From Salinispira sp. (GTDB taxonomy: Bacteria > Spirochaetota > Spirochaetia > DSM-27196 > Salinispiraceae), in NCBI GenBank assembly GCA_965226555.1, contig CBDDDG010000022.1:228528-292527 (forward strand): a stretch of 64,000 nt of DNA, given 5' to 3'. Below, one piece after another: positions 52,891 through 62,073 of this stretch. The notes under the pieces were generated by a model, which was not told the DNA's origin, made no database searches, and worked only from the letters and a program-made list of their open reading frames with translations. The first letter of the stretch is position 1. Each line of letters begins with the position of its first letter. A program made the translations under genes and the position numbers.

Positions 52891-52979
52891 GTTATTTTTA
52901 ACGCTATCTTGAGCATATATAACGCTTCAAGTTGATTTCAGTACCGGAAAAGGCTATTATACATGAGAGGAGACAGACA

Positions 52980-53798
52980 ATGGCAGAACTAACCGTACAA
53001 GAAATTAAAGACATGATGGCAGAAACGGCAGAGGCCCAAAGGGAGTCCCACAAGGAGGCTGAGCGTCGAGGGAAGGAACTTGACCTTCGAATGGAAAAAG
53101 ACAGACAAGAGGCTAAGCGTCGAGAGAAGGAGGCTAAGCGTCGAGGGAAGGAACTTGACCTTCGAATGGAAAAAGACAGACAAGAGGCTAAGCGTCGAGA
53201 GAAGGAGGCTGAGCGTCGAGGGAAGGAGGCTGAGCGTCGAGGGAAGGAAATTGACCTCCAAATGAAGGAAACCGACCGTCGAATGAAGGAAACCGACCGC
53301 CGAATGGAAGAGTCCCGACTGGAGTCTCGGCGTCGAGAGAAGGAAACCGACCGCAGGCTAAAAAAGCTCGATGAACTCTTTACCTCCCAGTGGGGCAAGC
53401 TGATTGAGAGCTTGGTGGAGGGCGACTTGGTAAAGTTGCTCAAGATGAGAGGAATTACCGTAGACAAAACTTTGGTTAGAAGAGAATATATAGAAGTTCC
53501 GGGAAAACCGCTTGCCGAGTTTGATCTTATTGCCTGCAACGGCAATGAAACGGTGGTAATTGAAGTCAAAACCACTCTCAGGGTAGAAGATGTGGATCAT
53601 TTTCTCAAGAGCATGAAACTATTTCGAACAGCCATGCCCCGCTTTCAAAACGATATTATTTACGGGGGTGTTGCCTACATAAATGTTGTTGGATCGGCCG
53701 ATAAATACGCTCAAAAAAAGAAGCTCTTTGCCATTAAAGCCACGGGTTCCAGTGCCTCCATTATCAACGCCGAAGACTTTGAACCGCAGACATTTTAA
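52980..53798 (+). CDS. Coiled-coil repeat protein with C-terminal PD-(D/E)XK-type domain (DUF3782-like)
   Basis: SD gaggag; 81-bp and 21-bp tandem repeats; WGKLIESLV and EFDLIA...VIEVK. Confidence 0.75.
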   Translation: MAELTVQEIKDMMAETAEAQRESHKEAERRGKELDLRMEKDRQEAKRREKEAKRRGKELDLRMEKDRQEAKRREKEAERRGKEAERRGKEIDLQMKETDRRMKETDRRMEESRLESRRREKETDRRLKKLDELFTSQWGKLIESLVEGDLVKLLKMRGITVDKTLVRREYIEVPGKPLAEFDLIACNGNETVVIEVKTTLRVEDVDHFLKSMKLFRTAMPRFQNDIIYGGVAYINVVGSADKYAQKKKLFAIKATGSSASIINAEDFEPQTF

Positions 53799-54098
53799 TT
53801 CAAAGAAAAACCCGCCCCCATTCCCTACGACCAAGGCTACCGCTCCCTGCTGTTCCAACCCGCAATAATGCTCCAATTTCTTCAACGCTTTGTCGGAGGC
53901 GCATGGACAAAGACATGCCCCTCCGCATGTTGGAATACACGAATCTGCTCTACCGGAACATTCACCGCTCCGGCGCAATTCCCGATGACTGCGAGTTGAT
54001 ATTTCTGCCCATTGTATTTTATAATGGAGAGCAAAGGTGGAAGGTGCCCGGGAATGTCAGAAAGAACAAAAGAACCGAGAGGTAAGGATGTAGCAAAA
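53799..54098 (+). pseudogene. Deletion derivative of the Rpn at 35997-37121 (nuclease part)
   Basis: Three blocks match the reverse complement of about 37113-37003, 36846-36688 and 36392-36354. Confidence 0.85.
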
Positions 54099-54311
54099 AT
54101 GTTCAGAATGAATGCGGAAACATTCAGAGCGCGCATTGCGGAGATGGGTCGGCAGGAAGGACTTCAGACAGGTCGCGCTGAGGGGCATATTGAGGAGCGG
54201 AGAAAAAACGCCCGTAGTATGTTTTCCAAAGGATTTTCAGCCCATGACATTCAGGATGTTACCGGGCTGAGCGATGAGGAAATGCGGGCATTGCGGAACG
54301 GATCGCATTAA
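54099..54311 (+). CDS. 70-aa chimaeric Rpn C-terminal (RpnS-like) protein
   Basis: gagaggtaagga upstream of the ATG; first half matches 36353 downward, second half matches 25270-25401. Confidence 0.6.
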   Translation: MFRMNAETFRARIAEMGRQEGLQTGRAEGHIEERRKNARSMFSKGFSAHDIQDVTGLSDEEMRALRNGSH

Positions 54312-54576
54312 TTATCGCCGCTCGGCCTGCGCGCAGAGCGGATAATATCAATATCTGGATCAATGCAAAAGTTTCTGTGAATGGATAAGCATACGGTTTT
54401 ATGGTACGATAACGAAAGATGAGGCAAAGAAATTATTTGCTGGTCGGAGGCTTGCGCCTCCTGCTCGCCATGTAGCCGGCTGGTACATCCTGAGGAGGCA
54501 AAAACTATGTTGGTAGACCTTTTCGATAAGCCATTCTTGGCAGGTGTTGAGCAAGGACTTCAGCGCGCCCCGCGCA

Positions 54577-54603
54577 GGGGTCGGCTCAAAGGTTTATATC
54601 CCA
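54577..54603 (+). mobile_element. IS right terminal inverted repeat
   Basis: ggggtcggctcaaaggtttatatccca. Confidence 0.65.
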
Positions 54604-54629
54604 GGCGTGTCGGAAGCAATGCAGATGAA

Positions 54630-55685
54630 TTGAAACTTCTGCCGATTCTTTGTATTCTCATTATCGTCTCCTGTGTTCAGGGTCCTGTGAGCCGTTCTGC
54701 CCAGAGTCTTGGGACAGTTGTTGTTATTACGCTCTACGATCGAATTAAACCCCGCTATTTCAGAGAATCTTTTGCTATTGCCGATGAGATTTATCGGCTT
54801 ATGAATCGTGAAGAGGAAGACAGCGATCTTGTGCGCCTGCGGGAGGCAGCGGGAAATGAAGCCGTGGGTATCAGTTCTCATACTTTTACCGTACTCGATG
54901 CTGCCCTCGAAGTTGCAGAACATTCTGCCGGGGCATTCACGCCCCTTATTGAGCCCCTTGTTAATCTCTGGGATATTGGAGGGGCCAATCCCCGGGTACC
55001 CGCTGATGCCGAAATTGCCTCTGCGCTGAGCACAATGCAGCGGAAAAATCTGCAGATCATTCCATCGGATCATCTCCCTGAACATCTACCAGAACATCCG
55101 CATCGGGTCTTTCTGACAGAAGAGGGAATGGGGGTGGATCTCGGAGGTATTGCCAAGGGATACGCTGCCGATCGTGTGGCAGAGTATCTCCGTTCTCAGG
55201 GAGTCGAACAGGCAATACTCGATTTTGGCGGAAACATTGTCACTATCGGCGCCAAGGGTGAGTCGCTCCCCTGGATTATCGGCATTCAGCGTCCCGGCGG
55301 AGAACGGGGAACCTATCTGGGAACTCTTCCTTCGGTAAGCACTTCCATTGTTACCGCGGGTGTGTATGAGCGTTACTTTACCGAAAACGGCAGGCGCTAT
55401 CATCATATTCTTGATCCTGCGAGCGGATATCCTGCGGAACAGAACGTGGATGCAGTGGTTGTTGTCGCCGAAGAGAGTATGACCGCCGATGCCTGGTCAA
55501 CTGCTCTGTTTGTGCTGGGACAGAAAGCGGGGTCAGATCTTGTTGAATCTCTTGAGGATATTGAAGCCGTATTTATTGGCAGTGATAAGAGTATTTATCT
55601 CAGTTCCGGGCTCAGAGATATATTCACATTACTCGATGACGATTATCGGATTGCTCCACTATCAACTGAGAATGACGGCAACTGA
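54630..55685 (+). CDS. apbE: FAD:protein FMN transferase lipoprotein
   Basis: DLGGIAKGYAAD, DFGGN, YERYF, YHHILDP and ADAWSTA; likely TTG start before the lipobox IVSC. Confidence 0.92.
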   Translation: MKLLPILCILIIVSCVQGPVSRSAQSLGTVVVITLYDRIKPRYFRESFAIADEIYRLMNREEEDSDLVRLREAAGNEAVGISSHTFTVLDAALEVAEHSAGAFTPLIEPLVNLWDIGGANPRVPADAEIASALSTMQRKNLQIIPSDHLPEHLPEHPHRVFLTEEGMGVDLGGIAKGYAADRVAEYLRSQGVEQAILDFGGNIVTIGAKGESLPWIIGIQRPGGERGTYLGTLPSVSTSIVTAGVYERYFTENGRRYHHILDPASGYPAEQNVDAVVVVAEESMTADAWSTALFVLGQKAGSDLVESLEDIEAVFIGSDKSIYLSSGLRDIFTLLDDDYRIAPLSTENDGN

Positions 55686-55726
55686 GAATGATGGCAACTG
55701 AGAATGACGGCAACTGAGAATGACGC
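55663..55726 (+). repeat. 16-bp tandem repeat x4 spanning the apbE stop
   Basis: caactgagaatga(c/t)gg. Confidence 0.9.
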
Positions 55727-55824
55727 CGATCCTATTGACTGAAGCATGGTGTATCTGTTATACATCTAAAAATGATATTTTCAAAAGTCAATTATGGTAA
55801 TAAAGCCTATAGGAGTTACATGGC

Positions 55825-56898
55825 ATGGGAAAAATGAAACTTAAGCCCGGAGTACTGACCGGCGCGCAGTTCGATGAAGTTCTGGAATACTGCAAGGAAC
55901 AGCAATGCGCTCTTCCATCTGTTAATGTTGTCGGGTCGGATAGTATTGCCGCTGCCCTGCAATCGGCCAAGGAGGCAGGGGCGCCGATAATGATTCAGTT
56001 TTCAAACGGCGGAGCGCAATTCAATGCCGGTAAGTTTGCCGATAACACGAATTACCGCGCCGCCATTGCCGGAGCCATTGCCGGAGCCTATCATGTGAGG
56101 CGGCTCAGCGAGTTATACGGTGTTCCGGCCATTCTCCACACCGATCATGCCGCGAAAAAGCTCATCCCGTGGGTGGAGGGCATGGTCAGTGAAGGTGAAG
56201 CCTATTATCGTCAGCATGGAGAACCCCTCTATTCTTCACACATGCTCGATCTTTCCGAAGAGCCCATCGATGAAAATCTGAAACTCTCGGTCAAAATGCT
56301 TGAACGCATATCAAAAATTGATATGACCCTTGAAATTGAACTTGGAGTTACCGGCGGTGAGGAAGATGGAGTGGACAATAGCGATGTTGACAGTTCCCGT
56401 CTCTACACGCAGCCGTCTGAGGTTCTTCAGGCCTATGACGCGCTGACGCCGGTGGGGAAGTTCACCGTTGCGGCTGCCTTTGGTAATACACATGGTGTGT
56501 ATAAGCCCGGTAATGTTGTTCTTCGTCCCATTATCCTGAAAAACAGCCAAGATTACATTGCCAAAGAACGCGGAACAGGCCCCAAGCCTGTTAACTTTGT
56601 GTTCCACGGGGGCTCCGGTTCACAACGGAAGGATATTCGGGAAGCGTTGGGTTACGGCGCGGTAAAATTTAACATTGATACCGATACTCAGTGGGCCTTC
56701 ACGCACCCTATTGTGAAATACATTGAAGAAAATTCGGCATATCTTCAGAGCCAGATTGGTAATCCTGAAGGCCCGGATAAACCCAACAAGAAGAAGATTG
56801 ATCCCCGCGGCTGGCTGCATCTTGGCGAGAAGGGTATGGTTAAGCGCCTCTATGAGGCCTTTGATGATCTCAACGCCGTGAATAAGTTCGATTTCTAG
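55825..56898 (+). CDS. fbaA: Class II fructose-bisphosphate aldolase
   Basis: HTDH, SSHMLDLS, EIELGVTGGEEDG, FGNTHGVY and FHGGSG. Confidence 0.96.
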   Translation: MGKMKLKPGVLTGAQFDEVLEYCKEQQCALPSVNVVGSDSIAAALQSAKEAGAPIMIQFSNGGAQFNAGKFADNTNYRAAIAGAIAGAYHVRRLSELYGVPAILHTDHAAKKLIPWVEGMVSEGEAYYRQHGEPLYSSHMLDLSEEPIDENLKLSVKMLERISKIDMTLEIELGVTGGEEDGVDNSDVDSSRLYTQPSEVLQAYDALTPVGKFTVAAAFGNTHGVYKPGNVVLRPIILKNSQDYIAKERGTGPKPVNFVFHGGSGSQRKDIREALGYGAVKFNIDTDTQWAFTHPIVKYIEENSAYLQSQIGNPEGPDKPNKKKIDPRGWLHLGEKGMVKRLYEAFDDLNAVNKFDF

Positions 56899-56899
56899 A

Positions 56900-57937
56900 T
56901 CACTGCTGCCGTGGAATACCTGTGATTTCTAAGTCGGTGTTCAGCGGCAGGGAATGTTCTGCACTGTAGATTGACAGCCGCTCCCGTATTTCCTGTGCTG
57001 ATTTTTCATTCCGGCACAGGAGATAAAAAGCGCCTCCCCCCCCCGCCCCGCTGAGTTTTCCGCCCAGCGCGCCGAGCCGGATTCCCTCATCCAGAATTGT
57101 ATCCATATCGGGATGATTAAGCCCGAGACGCTCAAGTTCCCGCCGCGCCATGCAGATCAGTCCGCCCAATTCCGCCAGGATCGCGCCGGGTTGGGGCGGC
57201 AGCGTTCCGGGTTGGGGCGGCAGCGCGCTGGGTTGGGGCGGCAGCGCGCTGAATATATCTATGCTGCGTCTGCTGTATTCCCCGAGGCGGTCTATTGCTC
57301 TGCGGATTTCAGGTTGATGAATGTTTTTCAGAATGCGCGTAATGAGCTTCCGTGATGTTCCGCTTCGCTGAACAGAGCCCACTATCAGATATATGGTATT
57401 CCCCCGGTAAGGCAGGGGTACAGCCTCCGGCAGGTTTTTTTCTTTTCCCTGAGAGGGATGATCATGGAAAAAAAAGGCGTACAGGCCTCTTCTGCAGGCA
57501 AGCCCCGTGTCAATGCCGGATGATTTGCCGTGAAACAGTTCTTCAAGCCTGTTCGCGTCCTGCCATACACGCGCGGTGCCGGCGCTGAGTTCGGCGATAT
57601 AGCGGGCAAAACATACGCAGACAGCTGCTGAGCTGCCGAAGCCCGAAGAACGGGGAAGATCGCCGTAAAGGCTGTACTCAGCAGGCGGAAAGGTGATGTC
57701 TGGCCGCAGCTCCCTGACACGGGCAAGCAGTTTTCGTGCCATGTTCTGTTCATCCCTTGAGAGTCCGGGGAAGGCAGTTGTATCGGCACGGCATATCTTC
57801 AGGGTAAGTTCATTGTCCAAACTCATACCGAGTGCCGGATGACCGTAGACGGCTGCATGCTCACCGAAGAGAAGAAGCTTTCCATGACTCCTGAAAATCT
57901 GCGGCGCCAATTCCTGTGCAGCTCCCTGATTTTTCAT
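56900..57937 (-). CDS. mvaK1: Mevalonate kinase
   Basis: GKLLLFGEHAAVYG, PRSSGFGSSAA, HGKSSGID and KLSGAGGGG. Confidence 0.9.
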   Translation of the reverse strand: MKNQGAAQELAPQIFRSHGKLLLFGEHAAVYGHPALGMSLDNELTLKICRADTTAFPGLSRDEQNMARKLLARVRELRPDITFPPAEYSLYGDLPRSSGFGSSAAVCVCFARYIAELSAGTARVWQDANRLEELFHGKSSGIDTGLACRRGLYAFFFHDHPSQGKEKNLPEAVPLPYRGNTIYLIVGSVQRSGTSRKLITRILKNIHQPEIRRAIDRLGEYSRRSIDIFSALPPQPSALPPQPGTLPPQPGAILAELGGLICMARRELERLGLNHPDMDTILDEGIRLGALGGKLSGAGGGGAFYLLCRNEKSAQEIRERLSIYSAEHSLPLNTDLEITGIPRQQ

Positions 57938-58006
57938 TATCCTATGATGATACCATTGTATAGTTGCCAAGTATACGGCGAAAAAAATCTTGAAGTTGGC
58001 GGATAA

Positions 58007-58068
58007 GTTGACACTATTGCAAACAATGGAATATGCTCTCATTGAACTCATGGGGGGTGTTCCATGCC
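58007..58068 (+). promoter_or_regulatory. 62-bp promoter/leader block, copy 1
   Basis: TTGACA-18 bp-TATGCT through to the ATG; 61/62 identical to 59534-59595. Confidence 0.8.
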
Positions 58069-59407
58069 TATTGCGAAACCTGAAAAAACCGATATTGACC
58101 GCAACAAAATTGACAACGCGCTGAACTTTATTCTTAACGAAAAATTTATTACGGTAGTTGAGCACTATAAAGCAGAAACACAAAAAAATGTGGCGAGTGT
58201 TGATGAAGGCCTCAACATTTTCGCAATTATTTCCACGAATAAGCAGATAAACGAAACCTTTCAAAACAAATTACTGCACGCCATTCTCAACCATACCTGC
58301 CAAAACCATTCGGGCAAAAAGATTTTCCTGCACAAATTTATTGAGCATATAAACCAACTGCCAAAGCTGCCAAATAAAGACGAGGAACCCTCAAAAAATA
58401 ATTTAATTACTCCTTCCGATTTTGAAGACGCATGCGTTGAACGAGAAAAATATTATAGAGATAGCACTGGAAAGATGTGGATTGATGTGCTTATAACGAG
58501 CAAGAGACGTAGAAAAGCCATTATTATAGAGAGCAAACTGAATTATGCAAAAGATCAGTATCGCCAAATACCTCGATATTATGATGCAGTAGTAAAACAC
58601 AAGTATGAAGTCGTTCGTATTATCTATATTCCCCGCAATGAGCGAAAAGGCCCTGATCGTACTACATGGACAGAAACAGACAAGGAGAATGTTAATTCAA
58701 AGCTCCAAATTTTCCCAAGCTACGATGAAAAAGACCTTGATCTTGAAAAATGGCTTGTTGCTTGTGAGAAACTATATTCCGAAAACGATCTTATGAATTC
58801 TGGTGAACAAAATAACGAAAGCCGAAACGCGGCGACAATACTTAATCAATATGGCGCTTGGTTACAAGCGGAAAGGAGAAATGATATGGATAAGCAATTA
58901 AAACGAGATTCTTACAAGAAATTGTTGGATGAGAAGGTATCACGATCGCTATTAGAGGGAGTACAGCAGGTAGGCTGTGGTTTGGCAGAGGGTGAGGCAC
59001 ATTTTATTTTTAACGAATGGAAAGATACATTCCGTGACGCAGGTTTTACCGATGAAAGTGAGTTGACTATTGAGAATACCGATGATCATTGGTGGATTTA
59101 CTTTAAGGGATTTATGATAAAGCAAGGCGATAAAACAAGAAAACAAAAATTGGAAGTATGGATACAACTTGCCATGCCAGAAGATTCAGAGTACAGCTAC
59201 CGAGTATTTGTGGCTGCGAGTAATGGCACTCAAAAGGATTTTAAGAAGTTAATTCATACGATTAGGAAAAATAAAGATGAATGGTCTGACGATGGTTGGT
59301 CATTTTACCACGATATCTCCCGCGGCGAATCCCTTAAAGCCGAGCAAGAAGAACTTGAAGAGTGTCTTAAGAATCTCCTCAATAAACTGAAGCCCTTTAA
59401 GGCATAG
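58064..59407 (+). CDS. PD-(D/E)XK nuclease superfamily protein (PDDEXK_4-like), paralogue 1
   Basis: VERE..WIDVLI...AIIIESK..AKDQ..QIPRY. Confidence 0.85.
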   Translation: MPIAKPEKTDIDRNKIDNALNFILNEKFITVVEHYKAETQKNVASVDEGLNIFAIISTNKQINETFQNKLLHAILNHTCQNHSGKKIFLHKFIEHINQLPKLPNKDEEPSKNNLITPSDFEDACVEREKYYRDSTGKMWIDVLITSKRRRKAIIIESKLNYAKDQYRQIPRYYDAVVKHKYEVVRIIYIPRNERKGPDRTTWTETDKENVNSKLQIFPSYDEKDLDLEKWLVACEKLYSENDLMNSGEQNNESRNAATILNQYGAWLQAERRNDMDKQLKRDSYKKLLDEKVSRSLLEGVQQVGCGLAEGEAHFIFNEWKDTFRDAGFTDESELTIENTDDHWWIYFKGFMIKQGDKTRKQKLEVWIQLAMPEDSEYSYRVFVAASNGTQKDFKKLIHTIRKNKDEWSDDGWSFYHDISRGESLKAEQEELEECLKNLLNKLKPFKA

Positions 59408-59480
59408 AAACTTTTGCATTGATAAAGTTTTTCCTTAGGCAAAACTTTCTATACCTTGAGAGAAGCAAGAATATAGTGAG
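59407..59480 (-). mobile_element. Truncated hairpin element between the two nuclease paralogues
   Basis: aaactttctataccttgagagaagcaagaatatag matches 24896-24930. Confidence 0.75.
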
Positions 59481-59533
59481 AGGGCAGGGAGGTGATGCAC
59501 TTATGGTTGAATTTACCCGAATTGGCGGCGGGG

Positions 59534-59595
59534 GTTGACACTATTGCAAACAATGAAATATGCTCTCATTGAACTCATGGGGGGTGTTCCATGCC
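59534..59595 (+). promoter_or_regulatory. 62-bp promoter/leader block, copy 2
   Basis: Direct repeat of 58007-58068. Confidence 0.8.
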
Positions 59596-60847
59596 GACAA
59601 ATATTGCTGATGTTACAGCGAAATCTGATAGCAACATTAATGCTGCCATTACAATAATACGCGCTGCGAAAGCTGCCATCGAAGCCACTGCCAGCGATAC
59701 GAGATACAATGTTTTTGAGACATTGAATATGAAAGAAACGCAGCATTCGCACATGATTCATGGACTGCTTTGTTATAACAAGAATTATTTTCTCCCGAAG
59801 TTCATTGATCACATAAACACATTGAAAAACAAAAATGGAAACAGCCTCAATCTACGTCCATCTGATTTTACGGATGCGCGCGTTGAACGAGAAACGAATC
59901 GTATTGATGTGCTCATAACAGACAGAAAGAGCAGAAAAGCCATTATTATTGAGAATAAACTGAAGGGAGCGAAAGATCTGCTCCGCCAAATACCTCGGTA
60001 TTATGATGCAGTAGTAGACGACGGTTACAAAGTTGTTGGCGTTATCTATATTCCTCCCAATAAGGAAAAAAAGCCTACTTATGCTGGTTGGAAAGATGAA
60101 GACAAAAAGTCCATTAATTCAAAGCTCCGAATTTTTCCGGGTTACGATGAACAGGGTCCCGATCTTGAAAAGTGGCTTGCGGACTGTGAAGCATCGTATT
60201 CAAATGACGATCTTTCACATGTCGACAACCAGAATGTGAAAGCAATACTTACGCAATATAGAGATTATTTTCGACATACGGAGGATATGTACATGGAAGC
60301 AATGCCAAAATTTTACGAACGTTTACGGGCCGAAAAAGTGTCGGTAAAAGATATGACGGACGCTCATAATATGCTGGGTAATAATTTAGGAAAGTATGTC
60401 GCACAGTCCATTTTTGAGAAATGGAAACCCCAGTTTTGTGAAATTGGGCTTGCGGCTGACTCAAAATTTGAAACCGAGATAGATAGCAAAGGGTGGTGGG
60501 TTTTCTTCCCCGGTCTTCGGGTGGGGGTGAAGCAGGACGATGGAACATCAACAATTCTGAAATTAAAAATAGGAGTATGGGTCAATATACCAAAACATCC
60601 AACATTCAATTACCGATATCAAGTTCGTATAGAGCAGGAGTCCTCCAAAGGCGATGCTCGGAATATGACAAAGATGTGTTCAATGTTTATTGATGAAGAA
60701 ATTCGGAATGAAAAATATAACGGCAATTATAGTGACTGGTGGTTTGAACAATGTATTATTGGAGGCGACTCCCTTGAAGCCGATGAACGAGAGCTTTCCG
60801 ATTATCTCACATATCTCCTCAAAAAACTGAAGCCCCTGAGGGCATAA
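59591..60847 (+). CDS. PD-(D/E)XK nuclease superfamily protein (PDDEXK_4-like), paralogue 2
   Basis: ETQHS, VERE..RIDVLI...AIIIENK..AKD...QIPRY. Confidence 0.85.
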   Translation: MPTNIADVTAKSDSNINAAITIIRAAKAAIEATASDTRYNVFETLNMKETQHSHMIHGLLCYNKNYFLPKFIDHINTLKNKNGNSLNLRPSDFTDARVERETNRIDVLITDRKSRKAIIIENKLKGAKDLLRQIPRYYDAVVDDGYKVVGVIYIPPNKEKKPTYAGWKDEDKKSINSKLRIFPGYDEQGPDLEKWLADCEASYSNDDLSHVDNQNVKAILTQYRDYFRHTEDMYMEAMPKFYERLRAEKVSVKDMTDAHNMLGNNLGKYVAQSIFEKWKPQFCEIGLAADSKFETEIDSKGWWVFFPGLRVGVKQDDGTSTILKLKIGVWVNIPKHPTFNYRYQVRIEQESSKGDARNMTKMCSMFIDEEIRNEKYNGNYSDWWFEQCIIGGDSLEADERELSDYLTYLLKKLKPLRA

Positions 60848-60918
60848 TTATTCTCATACATCGCAATGTCAGGGAAATTGAGCATTGGCCGACCGGAATT
60901 ATGGTATAATATATTCAT

Positions 60919-62073
60919 ATGACAAGAGTATCTGACCATGTACAGCTGAATCATGACATTCTCAAACAGTGCCGGGAACAGATGGGTCTGACATTGGAAA
61001 TGGTTAAAGGTAAGATTAAAAAAATTGAGAAAATTGAATGTAATGAAATACGCCCCACATACAAACAGTTGGATGAACTGTCGAATTTATATCAGGTGCC
61101 GCGATGGGTATTTATTTCTCAGGAAATACCAGAGGAATATCAATTTAAACAAAAACCGTCATTTAGAATATTCAAAGATTCTCCGGTATTTCGAGATACA
61201 TCAATTCGTACTTTAATACTTCGTGTAGAACAATACCGGAACTTATACCTTGAGTTGAGACAGGATCTGGATGATCCGCTTGAACCCTTTATGAGGCCAA
61301 GTATTAATAATATTGATAATATTCCTGATGTTGTAAAAACTGTACAGAAGTGGTTATCCCTATCATCCAACTACATTGATTCAGAAACCTATCCCGATTT
61401 TTCTATACTGAGAGATAGACTAGAGCAAAGGGGTATTTTCATATTCCTGACCAGCAAGTATAAGGGGTGGTCACATTGCAACATATTTCGCGGATTAACT
61501 ATTATTGATGACAAAATGCCAATTATTATCATTAACGATGCCGACAGTAAACGTGCCCAATCGTTTACATTGATGCATGAGCTGGGACATATTCTCAGGA
61601 ATGAGATGAATATTGATAGTGAAGATAATGATCGGCAGACAGATGATCCTGAAATAGAAAAATGGTGTGATCACTTCTCTGGTGAATTTCTCATGCCTTC
61701 TTCCTCTTCTATTTGGAATTCAGTAGATGGATATGAGTTATCTGATATAAAAAAAATGGCAAAACGATTCAAGGTTAGCCCACATGCCTGTTTAGTCCGA
61801 GTTCATATTTTAAACAAAATTAATCAGACCACATATAATGAGCTGGTAAAACACCTGAACAATGAATACGAGAACCTCCGGGTAAAACGTAAACAAAGTA
61901 AAGGAGGACCTCAAAGAGACAGAGTGAAGGAAATATCCACTCAATTTGGAGGTGCTTTTGTACACACAGTTTTAACTGCCTGGCACAATCAAGAAATAAC
62001 TTTGTATAAGGTAGCTAAGCTATTTGATTTAAAGCGTCCGCAGCAGGTATTGGAACTGGATAAACGTGAATAA
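60919..62073 (+). CDS. XRE-HTH plus ImmA/IrrE (DUF955) metallopeptidase
   Basis: N-terminal HTH; FTLMHELGH (HExxH); E.WCDHFSGEFLMP. Confidence 0.9.
   Translation: MTRVSDHVQLNHDILKQCREQMGLTLEMVKGKIKKIEKIECNEIRPTYKQLDELSNLYQVPRWVFISQEIPEEYQFKQKPSFRIFKDSPVFRDTSIRTLILRVEQYRNLYLELRQDLDDPLEPFMRPSINNIDNIPDVVKTVQKWLSLSSNYIDSETYPDFSILRDRLEQRGIFIFLTSKYKGWSHCNIFRGLTIIDDKMPIIIINDADSKRAQSFTLMHELGHILRNEMNIDSEDNDRQTDDPEIEKWCDHFSGEFLMPSSSSIWNSVDGYELSDIKKMAKRFKVSPHACLVRVHILNKINQTTYNELVKHLNNEYENLRVKRKQSKGGPQRDRVKEISTQFGGAFVHTVLTAWHNQEITLYKVAKLFDLKRPQQVLELDKRE

Noticed and set aside
57036..57044. C9 tract in mevalonate kinase as a phase switch
   Set aside because: It encodes the conserved GAGGGG motif of a probably essential enzyme and is in frame.
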